Positions 1 to 7,304 of a stretch of 39,076 nucleotides of DNA are shown here, piece after piece. The number at the start of each line of letters is the position of its first letter. Positions within the stretch are counted from its first letter, which is position 1. This DNA comes from an uncultured bacterium. GTDB taxonomy: Bacteria; Chlamydiota; Chlamydiia; Chlamydiales; JAAZZY01. The DNA is taken from positions 1-39,076 of the forward strand of contig CAYGMF010000006.1 in NCBI GenBank assembly GCA_964351075.1, read 5' to 3'. The translations under genes were made by a program, and so were the position numbers. The notes beneath the pieces were generated by a model that saw only the letters and a program-made list of their open reading frames with translations, was not told where the DNA came from and made no database searches.

Positions 1-25
1 TTATACCCGAATTTAAACTATTTTC

Positions 26-54
26 TTGACATTTTAAGACAAATCGTGTATAAT
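26..54 (+). promoter_or_regulatory. sigma-70-type promoter with perfect consensus (TTGACA-N17-TATAAT) for the 80..910 ankyrin gene
   Basis: TTGACA at 26-31, a 17-nt spacer and TATAAT at 49-54. A GGAG Shine-Dalgarno sits at 68-71, 8 nt before ATG 80. Confidence 0.6.
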
Positions 55-79
55 ACACTCCAAGAATGGAGAATATTAT

Positions 80-910
80 ATGAAAGCTATAAACAGCTAC
101 ACAAATGCATATCAGGCAAACCAATCTAGCGCAAGCTCAACCAAACCTGACTCACCTAAGATAAGTCAACTAGCTAGAAAAACCGCCCAAATTTGGTTAG
201 ATCATGCCTCAATTAACCTATCAACTTCTGATAGCGACAGACAGGCCATAGAAGCTACTATAATCTCTCCAGAAAAAACACTCAATAAAACCGGACAAAA
301 GGTGACGATTCAACCTTTAAAAGCCTTAGTGGAGCCCAATACAGCTAATGAGCTAACAGGAAGAACTCCTCTACATCAGGCTATCGCTAAGGATGATACT
401 CAAGCCCTAAAAACCCTTCTTAGCCACCCAAACATCGATCCTAATAAGGTCAATAAATTTGGATGCACCCCTCTATATGATGCTGTTTTTGAGGGGGATA
501 TTGAAATGATAAGAGCCCTCCTTAATCACCCGAAAACTGACCCAAACTTAGGGGATGATGAAAAAAGCACCCCTCTCCATATGGCAGTCTCTATGAGCGA
601 TTATGAAGTTTTAGCCCTCCTCTTAGCTCATCCTCAAATAGTTTCTAATCAAAAAGACAGCGCGGGATGCACGCCTTTGGATGAAGCGGTCTATTTAGAA
701 GATCCCCAATCTATAAAAATCCTCCAAGACTATGAATCAAAGAAGTTGAAGAGAGAAGGAGCAAATAGCTCTACAAACGCTTTTCAAAAAGTAAAAGCTT
801 ATTTTGCTAAAAACAAAACTTCTCTAGTCTCAGGAGCTCTAGCAGCGACAGCGACAGCCGTTTCTATGTTGCCATACGCTACACGCTATTTTACCGCTGA
901 AGAAGCCTAA
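80..910 (+). CDS. ankyrin-repeat protein with a C-terminal hydrophobic (tail-anchor-like) segment
   Basis: Four consecutive ~33-aa ankyrin units (GRTPLHQAI.., GCTPLYDAV.., KSTPLHMAV.., GCTPLDEAV..), each followed by LLxHP..DPN. The N-terminal ~90 aa are Ser/Thr/Gln-rich and low in complexity. The hydrophobic stretch LVSGALAATATAVSMLPYA lies near the C-terminus. Confidence 0.85.
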   Translation: MKAINSYTNAYQANQSSASSTKPDSPKISQLARKTAQIWLDHASINLSTSDSDRQAIEATIISPEKTLNKTGQKVTIQPLKALVEPNTANELTGRTPLHQAIAKDDTQALKTLLSHPNIDPNKVNKFGCTPLYDAVFEGDIEMIRALLNHPKTDPNLGDDEKSTPLHMAVSMSDYEVLALLLAHPQIVSNQKDSAGCTPLDEAVYLEDPQSIKILQDYESKKLKREGANSSTNAFQKVKAYFAKNKTSLVSGALAATATAVSMLPYATRYFTAEEA

Positions 911-967
911 TAGCTTAAAGCGAAGAATTAAACACCCAGAAGCTTAAAATCAAAGGCTAGCTGCATG

Positions 968-996
968 TTGAAACAAAATGAGATTCCGTTTATAAT
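968..996 (+). promoter_or_regulatory. sigma-70-type promoter (TTGAAA-N17-TATAAT) for the 1020..2609 ankyrin gene
   Basis: TTGAAA at 968-973, a 17-nt spacer and TATAAT at 991-996, about 24 nt upstream of ATG 1020. Confidence 0.5.
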
Positions 997-1019
997 CCTC
1001 TACAAATCAATTAGAGGCA

Positions 1020-2609
1020 ATGGAGACCCAAATGACTTCTACAAGCTCCTTAGCTAGCAAAGCTAGCTGCCAATATCCCTCGCAACTTGATCTATTCGCG
1101 GCAGCAGTCTCTAACTCTACCGAAAGAATCCAAGAGCTTTTAACTGGACGCGCTGACCCTAACAGGGCTGACTCGCATGGATTAACACCTCTATTCAAAG
1201 CTGCTTCCTTGGGCCATACTAGAGCAGTAGAAACTCTTCTTACGGATCCAAGAACCCATCTAGAGCCTCACATCTCTTACCCTGGTCTCTCTGATGGCAA
1301 CACCCCCCTAATCGAAGCTGCACATCTATTAATTTCCGGCGCAAGTAAAGAAAAAAAACCTGAAACTCAAAAAATTATTGACTTGCTTTTAGATAGAGGT
1401 GCTGATCCTTCAACAGAAAACGCTAGAGGCGAAACACTCCTGAGTATTCTATGCATGTCCGATGATGGAATAGAAATTGTTCCGCGTCTCCTTAAAGATC
1501 CTAGGGTTGATCCAACTCATTGTGCTAAAATAGGTAGAGGAGCCGCTTTACACATAGCCGCAGCTTATAATAGCCATAAAACCGCAACTCTTCTTCTTGG
1601 AGACCCAAAAACTAAACCTAATCAGCTAAACAAGGAAGGAAACACCCCTCTACATGTAGCAATTCATGCTGGGTTTGGCACAAATACATTTGATGTTATA
1701 CAAGCTCTATTAGCCGGAGGCTGCGACCCTAGCGTGCTCACATTGCAAGGAGACTCTTGCCTTCACTTAGCTGCGGCCAAAGCAAACGTAGAAACTGTGC
1801 AAATTTTTCTCCCTGATGTAGACCCTGACACACGTAATAAACAAGGTCAAACAGCGCTGCATTCAGCTGCGACATCGCAACAAAAAGACGCAGGCGAAAT
1901 TGTAACCGCTCTCTATGAAAAAGGTTTTGATCCCAGTGCGCAATGTCGATCATCAAGAACTCCGCTACACACAGCCATAGTTTTTAGTCGCCATGCGCTT
2001 ATCCCTCTCTTTTGCAGTCTACCCAACGCTCGGTTTGATCTATGTGACAGAGATGGATCCCCCCCTCTGCATACAGCTCTACTTCTTGGACTCCCTCTAG
2101 ATAAGCTCGCCCCCCTGATTCAGGCTACAGATGTAACTACAGTGAATATACATGGAGCGTCTCCTTTCCTTGCAGCGATAAGTTCGGCTTCCTATTCACG
2201 TAACCCTGCACTTCCTTCTATTATGCAAGCTCTCTTAGATAGAGGTTTTAACCCTGAAACACCAAGATCTACTGATGGAAAGACCCCTCTTCATCTAGCG
2301 ACAGGACCAAGCAAAAGAGGAGCGTTGAACTTTCTTTTTAACACAGTAAAAGCTGAACCGAACCCTAGAGATTACATGGAACGCACTCCTTTCCATGATG
2401 CTGCTGAGGATCACCTTTCAAAAGAATGGGTCGTTCCCTTTGTAGAAACTCAAGGAGTAGAGTTAAATCCAGTAGACCTCTCAAATAAGACCCCTCTAGA
2501 TTACGCTATAGAGGCAAACTTCGGCGATACTGTGCCAGAATTTCTTCGACAGCATGGTTGCCTAACTTATGAAGAGCTCCAATCAGCTCAAGAATCTAAA
2601 GTTCCTTAA
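1020..2609 (+). CDS. large ankyrin-repeat protein (more than 10 repeats)
   Basis: Recurrent G.TPLH.A(A/I) ... LL..G.DP motifs run through the whole 529 aa (GLTPLFKAA, GNTPLIEAA, GNTPLHVAI, GDSCLHLAA, GQTALHSAA, SRTPLHTAI, GSPPLHTAL, GKTPLHLAT, ERTPFHDAA, NKTPLDYAI). Confidence 0.85.
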   Translation: METQMTSTSSLASKASCQYPSQLDLFAAAVSNSTERIQELLTGRADPNRADSHGLTPLFKAASLGHTRAVETLLTDPRTHLEPHISYPGLSDGNTPLIEAAHLLISGASKEKKPETQKIIDLLLDRGADPSTENARGETLLSILCMSDDGIEIVPRLLKDPRVDPTHCAKIGRGAALHIAAAYNSHKTATLLLGDPKTKPNQLNKEGNTPLHVAIHAGFGTNTFDVIQALLAGGCDPSVLTLQGDSCLHLAAAKANVETVQIFLPDVDPDTRNKQGQTALHSAATSQQKDAGEIVTALYEKGFDPSAQCRSSRTPLHTAIVFSRHALIPLFCSLPNARFDLCDRDGSPPLHTALLLGLPLDKLAPLIQATDVTTVNIHGASPFLAAISSASYSRNPALPSIMQALLDRGFNPETPRSTDGKTPLHLATGPSKRGALNFLFNTVKAEPNPRDYMERTPFHDAAEDHLSKEWVVPFVETQGVELNPVDLSNKTPLDYAIEANFGDTVPEFLRQHGCLTYEELQSAQESKVP

Positions 2610-3966
2610 GAGATATAGACTCTAAACAAAGCTCTAAAGAATGAGGTTCTAAATAAGGCATCTTTGGAACAACTTGTATATACTCTTTAAAGTTTTCTCG
2701 AAGCCTGTCAGAAGCTATTTTTTGTAGATCAAAAGCGGAAAGTTCTTTTAAATCTTCCAGCCCTGAAATGACTGATGAGAAAGAGTTCTTAATCTCTTCA
2801 TACGCTTTTCCTTTTAGATCTTTAGAAGTTAAGCAATGCGTATTATAAAAAAGATCTTGTGTGTGTCCTTTTGCTCCATAAAGAGCGCCTATTACAAAAG
2901 AGAGTCTCCAAAAACGTTTTTGATAATCTTCTGCATAAAAAGAAGTCACTTTTTTAGACTCAAGTTTTCCTTTTTCTAGCGCTTTAATACAAGCTACAGA
3001 AGTTACAGAGCTAAGCATAGCAGAGGTCATGCCCGTCGATAAAAGTGGATCAATAAAAACAGCTGAGTCCCCTACTAAAAAGTAATTCTCTCCTCCCCAC
3101 TTAGTTGTTCTATAGCTCCAATCTTGTGTTTGCTGAACATCGGATACAAGCATCCCTTTTTCAAGTAGATCTAAAAAAACCTCTGATTGTTTTAAAGAGT
3201 CTATATAGAGCTCTTTTCGAAACTTATTTTTTTTCTCAACATTGTAAAACTTTTGAGAGAGCACAGTCCCTATACTCCACGTCTTATCATGAAGTGGAAT
3301 CCCCCAAATCCATCCATTTGGAATAGAACTTAAAACTATGGGGTTTTCAATATCTTTGGAGTAGCCTTGTATACCCTGAAATCCTTTTAAAGAATGAGGT
3401 GAACCGACCTTTAACCAGTACCCCCAAAGGGCCACATTTTGAAAAGCCTTAAGAGGAACTTGTGATTTTAAATAGCGCCTAGCTAAGAGAGCGGCTCTCC
3501 CTGTCGCATCAATAAGGTAGTCACAGACTACCTCTTTTCGATCCTTGTTGGAAATGATCACAGAGCTTGCTTTATCTCCTGTAAATAACACTTCTTCAAC
3601 TTTTGTCTCTTCAAAAATTTCCACACCACACTCGCGCGCTCTAGTTAAAAGCAAGTGATCAAATTCCGATCTAATCACATGATAGGTGTATTGTCCTGAC
3701 TCTCCCCAGTTGATGAGCCATTTTTCGTTCCAATCAAAAAAAACACCCCCTTTTCGTTTAGAGCCTAAAGCTGCCACACGCTCTTCAAGATCTAACAGTT
3801 GTAATATGTAGGGAAGAGAGAGAATACCAGACTCCCCAATGTGATACCTTGGATGGCGATCTTTTTCAAAAAGAGTCACCTTAAATCCAGCTTTAGCAAG
3901 AAGTATAGCAGCTGTTGTTCCAGCAGGCCCTCCTCCCATTACCACAACTTTTTTAGAAGTACTCAT
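2596..3966 (-). CDS. flavin-dependent halogenase-like FAD oxidoreductase
   Basis: N-terminal Rossmann motif VVVMGGGPAGTTAAILLAKAG followed by FEKDRHPRYHIGES. The protein carries GWIWGIPL (the WxWxIP motif typical of flavin-dependent halogenases), GDSAVFIDPLLSTGM (the FxxPxxSxG region) and a candidate catalytic Lys in SKRKGGVFFDW. It starts 3 nt after the holB stop. Confidence 0.65.
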   Translation of the reverse strand: MSTSKKVVVMGGGPAGTTAAILLAKAGFKVTLFEKDRHPRYHIGESGILSLPYILQLLDLEERVAALGSKRKGGVFFDWNEKWLINWGESGQYTYHVIRSEFDHLLLTRARECGVEIFEETKVEEVLFTGDKASSVIISNKDRKEVVCDYLIDATGRAALLARRYLKSQVPLKAFQNVALWGYWLKVGSPHSLKGFQGIQGYSKDIENPIVLSSIPNGWIWGIPLHDKTWSIGTVLSQKFYNVEKKNKFRKELYIDSLKQSEVFLDLLEKGMLVSDVQQTQDWSYRTTKWGGENYFLVGDSAVFIDPLLSTGMTSAMLSSVTSVACIKALEKGKLESKKVTSFYAEDYQKRFWRLSFVIGALYGAKGHTQDLFYNTHCLTSKDLKGKAYEEIKNSFSSVISGLEDLKELSAFDLQKIASDRLRENFKEYIQVVPKMPYLEPHSLELCLESISLKEL

Positions 3967-3969
3967 AAG

Positions 3970-4785
3970 CTACAGAATAAAATTTAACATTAAACTCTCT
4001 ATGCAAGTCGAGAGCTTAATAGAGCGGTCAAAACCTGTTCTAGAAGTTTCTAAAAGAGTATCAAATTTTTTTAATGAAAAAGGGGCTGTATCTTTTAGGG
4101 AGCTAAACCACTTTTCGATTTCAAGAAACAAAAGTTCTGACTCTTGATTTAAAAAAAGGGTCTCATCAAAGGTTCTCTCTTTTTTAGAAAGTTTTTTCTC
4201 GAGCTCCTCTAAAATAGAGACTGAGGTCAAATGCAGGTCGTTGTATGAAAAGTGGGGCCACTTTTTTAAAAGCTCATCTAAAAGCTCTACATGTTTTTTT
4301 TCTGAATTAGCCTCTTCTTTCTCCTCAAAAAAAACTTTCTGTAGTCTTGAGGTTACGGTAGGCAACATCTGATCTAAAGAGGGAGCAAGTAAAATAAAGT
4401 GTGTCGATAAGTTCGGCTCTTCTATTGTTTTTAAAAGAGCATTTGCAGCTGCTTCTTGCATTCGCTCAGCATGCTTTATAACAAAGAATTGCAAGGGCGC
4501 TTCATGCGGAAAAAGTTGACTCTGCATCGATAGCCATCTTATTTGTTCAATGGTATAAACCGCAGACTTAGAAGAGGGATTTAATAGTGTAAGATCAGGA
4601 TGGTTTCCTGTTTGGATCTTTTGAAGATTTTCTTCAGAAGATCCTCTTTGACGAAAAACCTCGAGCACAAAGTCTGTTGCGCTTTGAGTCATCTCCCCCA
4701 TATTTGAACCTACAAAGAGGAGTGCCCCTGGAACTTTTTTTTGATCTAAATAACTTTTTAAAAGGGCTGCAGGCTCTTGACTCAT
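3970..4785 (-). CDS. holB: DNA polymerase III delta-prime subunit
   Basis: The N-terminus has PGALLFVGSNMG, a degenerate P-loop typical of delta-prime. The motif AANALLKTIEEP is followed by HFILL and the SRLQ/SRC-like motif TVTSRLQKV. The ATGA start/stop overlap with the upstream cyclase gene (4782-4785) indicates translational coupling. Confidence 0.8.
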   Translation of the reverse strand: MSQEPAALLKSYLDQKKVPGALLFVGSNMGEMTQSATDFVLEVFRQRGSSEENLQKIQTGNHPDLTLLNPSSKSAVYTIEQIRWLSMQSQLFPHEAPLQFFVIKHAERMQEAAANALLKTIEEPNLSTHFILLAPSLDQMLPTVTSRLQKVFFEEKEEANSEKKHVELLDELLKKWPHFSYNDLHLTSVSILEELEKKLSKKERTFDETLFLNQESELLFLEIEKWFSSLKDTAPFSLKKFDTLLETSRTGFDRSIKLSTCIESLMLNFIL

Positions 4786-5408
4786 AATTTTCTTAAAACG
4801 GCTCTTACTGGACTTGCTTCAAATCCCATTAATTTTAAAGGGAGAGCGATCAGCTCGTACACCCCATTTGAAATATCTTTTAGATAAAGGCATTCTAAAA
4901 CAGCCATTTTATATTTACTAGCACATTTCTGACTTAAGACATGTTGGCAATCCGTATAAAGATCAATACCCGGTGTATCAATACCCACTAAAACAACTCC
5001 ATTTTTATGAAGGTGTTCAATAACACTTGGATCAAGCGCTGCATAATCCTCGACAAAAGGATGGAGTCGATCTGCAGTGCCTGTCTTAAAAAGAATACGC
5101 GGAGCCTCTAACTTATTTGGCAACTGATCAGGGGTGATCTTACCTCCTTTTTCAATCTCAATTTCAACCACCTGACAAGGTCCGATAAACTTGCTTAACG
5201 ATTCCTCCCCTATAGAAAGTCCTTTAGGATCTGTGATTAAGGGGCTGTTAGCATGCGCTCCTAAGTGAGCTGTAGCTTCAAAGCTCGAGAGGTTCACACT
5301 GTGCCCTTTTTCAAGCTTAAGTTTAGGTTTCTGAGATAAAGGAGTATCGCTTGGCCAGACAGCATAGAGCTCATCTAGAGGTGGCGAGATGTCATATAGT
5401 TGAGTCAT
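4782..5408 (-). CDS. putative cyclase / kynurenine formamidase-family protein with a divergent metal motif
   Basis: The architecture is typical of the family: YDISPPL...VWPSD at the N-terminus, HLGAHANSP where HxGTHxDxPxH is expected, and VVLVGIDTPGID in the middle. Confidence 0.6.
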   Translation of the reverse strand: MTQLYDISPPLDELYAVWPSDTPLSQKPKLKLEKGHSVNLSSFEATAHLGAHANSPLITDPKGLSIGEESLSKFIGPCQVVEIEIEKGGKITPDQLPNKLEAPRILFKTGTADRLHPFVEDYAALDPSVIEHLHKNGVVLVGIDTPGIDLYTDCQHVLSQKCASKYKMAVLECLYLKDISNGVYELIALPLKLMGFEASPVRAVLRKL

Positions 5409-5528
5409 ATAAATTCAAAAGTTAAGTTTAAAAGGGAAAGTATAAGTGAATTGTGAGATTTCCGATAGAACTAAACCTCTCTTTTCCGAGAGGAAATAGC
5501 TATCTTAAGAGATAAGTCAAATAGTCAG

Positions 5529-5674
5529 ATCAGTTGAACTTCCCTCGCCTAAAGCCGAAGGGTTCTTGCTTTATAGCCCTGCTATTGTGCCAGCCCCACA
5601 AGCTTTAAGACCGACACCCCAGCTGCTTCAGGTTTAAGATTTAAGAATCAGTGACTCTCCCTCGCTTAAACCCC
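5529..5674. repeat. two direct copies of a ~28-nt motif in the non-coding gap downstream of the RHH gene
   Basis: ATCAGTTGAACTTCCCTCGCCTAAAGCC (5529-5556) and ATCAGTGACTCTCCCTCGCTTAAACCCC (5647-5674) share ATCAGT...TCCCTCGC.TAAA. No ORF spans either copy. Confidence 0.4.
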
Positions 5675-5705
5675 GTATACGCGTTTGTATCAATTAGTAC
5701 AGGTC

Positions 5706-5966
5706 TCACTTCCACATTTCCTTCTCAATTTCATCAAAAGATTTAGTTTCATTTTTAAAGTTCTCAACGTCTTTATCTGACCAAGAACCCGAAAGATGAT
5801 CTAGGTCATGGTGGCGGTGTTTTTTTGTTTTAAACCCTAACTCCTTCTCAATTATCCTTAAAGCTAGAGCATTTGCACTCATATGTAATTTTTTAGCTTC
5901 TTGCTTTAATAACGCCAAAAGCTCAGAGGGTATTCCTCTTAAGTTAAAATTTTGAGTAGAAGGCAT
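5706..5966 (-). CDS. ribbon-helix-helix (Arc/MetJ, VapB/FitA-like) antitoxin-type DNA-binding protein
   Basis: The N-terminus FNLRGIPSELLALLKQEAKKLHMSANALALRIIEKEL fits the beta-strand/helix/helix RHH pattern. The C-terminal tail GSWSDKDVENFKNETKSFDEIEKEMW resembles the toxin-binding tails of VapB-type antitoxins. An AAGGGGG Shine-Dalgarno lies 7-8 nt upstream of the ATG. Confidence 0.6.
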   Translation of the reverse strand: MPSTQNFNLRGIPSELLALLKQEAKKLHMSANALALRIIEKELGFKTKKHRHHDLDHLSGSWSDKDVENFKNETKSFDEIEKEMWK

Positions 5967-5983
5967 AGCAGACCCCCTTATTT

Positions 5984-6016
5984 GATACCAAAACTCAATA
6001 CCATAATGGTACCAAA
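5984..6016 (-). promoter_or_regulatory. candidate RHH operator: three TGGTA half-sites including one palindrome
   Basis: TACCA occurs on the plus strand at 5986, 5999 and 6010, spaced 13 and 11 nt apart. TACCATAATGGTA (5999-6011) is a 6+6 inverted repeat. All sites lie 20-50 nt upstream of the RHH start codon. Confidence 0.3.
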
Positions 6017-6170
6017 AAAGAATTATTTATGTAACGTATCTCTAAGAGATTAATAATCAATTATATAAGAAAATAACCTTTTTCAGCTATTCTAAAAAAT
6101 TGAATTTCGAGTTCCTCTCTGACTCTGTACTGAATCCTGAAAAGCTCACCCTCGGGCAACTTACTTTTTA

Positions 6171-6199
6171 TTGAATAAGATTACCCAACTTGTAATAAT
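6171..6199 (+). promoter_or_regulatory. sigma-70-type promoter with extended -10 (TTGAAT-N17-[TGt]AATAAT)
   Basis: TTGAAT at 6171-6176, TGT at 6191-6193 and AATAAT at 6194-6199. It aligns with the promoter of the downstream paralog at 7242-7269. Confidence 0.4.
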
Positions 6200-6234
6200 A
6201 GCTGATTCAATCTCAATCCCTTAGGAGGGTCATC

Positions 6235-7182
6235 ATGAATCAGCTTCAATCTATCTCAACTGTTTTAGCTCCCGATCCACTTCTATCTCAGTCTGTTGTT
6301 TCAGAATGCTCGGAGTTAAATTCTTTAAGTACTGCCCGTGTTTTTTCAACTTGGATCTCTTCGTTTATTTACCCCTCTTCCAATGAAGTCCTCATAAAAA
6401 AAGATGTTTGTGAAATGTTAGTCGGAAATAAAATGCAGAGCTTTACTCAAGTAATCGCTCATTTATTCAACAGTTTTTTTGGTGCAAATTTGATAGACAG
6501 AGTCATTGAGAATCCTTCAATAAAACTCGCTAATACAAGCTTAACTAAAATAATAGGAAGTTTACGTAACCGAAAAGAAAGTCACTCTATCTTAGCTGAT
6601 GTAACTGCTAAAGGAAATATTAAAGCTATGAACGCATTCGTGAATGCAAATGTTAACTTGGATACCCAGACTAAAAGTGGAATGACATCCTTAATAAAGG
6701 CAGCAGATAAAGGTGATTACGAAGTTGTGAAACTCCTAGTAGATGCTAAAGCAGACTTAGACATTCAAAGCGAAACAGGTGCTACGGCTTTGATGCAAGC
6801 AGCAGCAAGAGGACACTATAACATTGTGAAACTCCTATTAGATGCTAAAGCAAATTTAGACCTTAAATACAAAGAAGGCATAACCGCCTTGATGTTTGCG
6901 GCAGGAATGGGGCATCTCGAAGTAGTGAAACTCCTTATCAAAGCAGGAGCGGATATAGATATTGTGAACGAATTTGAGCAGACAGCCTTAAGTATAGCAG
7001 ATGCTAAGGGTCATCACAAAATTGTAGAATTCCTAATGAGCTCCTATATAGAGAAGGATAGAAAAGAAAGATTTAAAAATTATCAAACTGAAATGGCGAA
7101 AGCTCTAAAAACTGGAAGAATGACCGCCTATATTAAGAATAACCAAAATGTACAAGTTCAAAGTCGAAAAATTGAACTGTAA
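6235..7182 (+). CDS. ankyrin-repeat protein, paralog A (ends in KIEL)
   Basis: A ~135-aa N-terminal module shared with the next gene is followed by four ankyrin units (GMTSLIKAADKGDYEVVKLLVDAKADLDIQ, GATALMQAAARGHYNIVKLLLDAKANLDLK, and others). GGAGGG Shine-Dalgarno at 6224-6229. Confidence 0.85.
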   Translation: MNQLQSISTVLAPDPLLSQSVVSECSELNSLSTARVFSTWISSFIYPSSNEVLIKKDVCEMLVGNKMQSFTQVIAHLFNSFFGANLIDRVIENPSIKLANTSLTKIIGSLRNRKESHSILADVTAKGNIKAMNAFVNANVNLDTQTKSGMTSLIKAADKGDYEVVKLLVDAKADLDIQSETGATALMQAAARGHYNIVKLLLDAKANLDLKYKEGITALMFAAGMGHLEVVKLLIKAGADIDIVNEFEQTALSIADAKGHHKIVEFLMSSYIEKDRKERFKNYQTEMAKALKTGRMTAYIKNNQNVQVQSRKIEL

Positions 7183-7241
7183 GTTATTTTCGGTGTCAAT
7201 ATGAATCCCAGTAATGACATCGGCTCCCTTCTTACTTTCTA

Positions 7242-7269
7242 TTGAAAAAAAAACTCTGGTTGCTATAAT
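7242..7269 (+). promoter_or_regulatory. sigma-70-type promoter with extended -10 (TTGAAA-N16-[TGc]TATAAT)
   Basis: TTGAAA at 7242-7247, TGC at 7261-7263 and TATAAT at 7264-7269, 35 nt upstream of ATG 7305. Confidence 0.55.
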
Positions 7270-7304
7270 AGCTAACTTAACCTTAATCTCTTAAGAGAAC
7301 CTTC

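Noticed and set aside
2596-2609. 14-nt tail-to-tail overlaps of convergent genes, here and again at 33454-33467
   Set aside because: Both are simple stop-region overlaps in AT-rich sequence, with no conserved structure or shared sequence beyond short palindromes. They are probably coincidental.
5410-5705. Considered a decayed PIN/VapC toxin pseudogene or a known structured RNA (tmRNA, RNase P RNA, 6S RNA) downstream of the RHH gene
   Set aside because: Hand translation of the minus strand gives stops every few codons in the frames I read, and no toxin-like peptide stretch. I could find no hallmark motifs of tmRNA (T-arm GGTTCGA, CCA end) or RNase P (GAGGAAAGTCC). It is kept only as an unexplained repeat-containing spacer.
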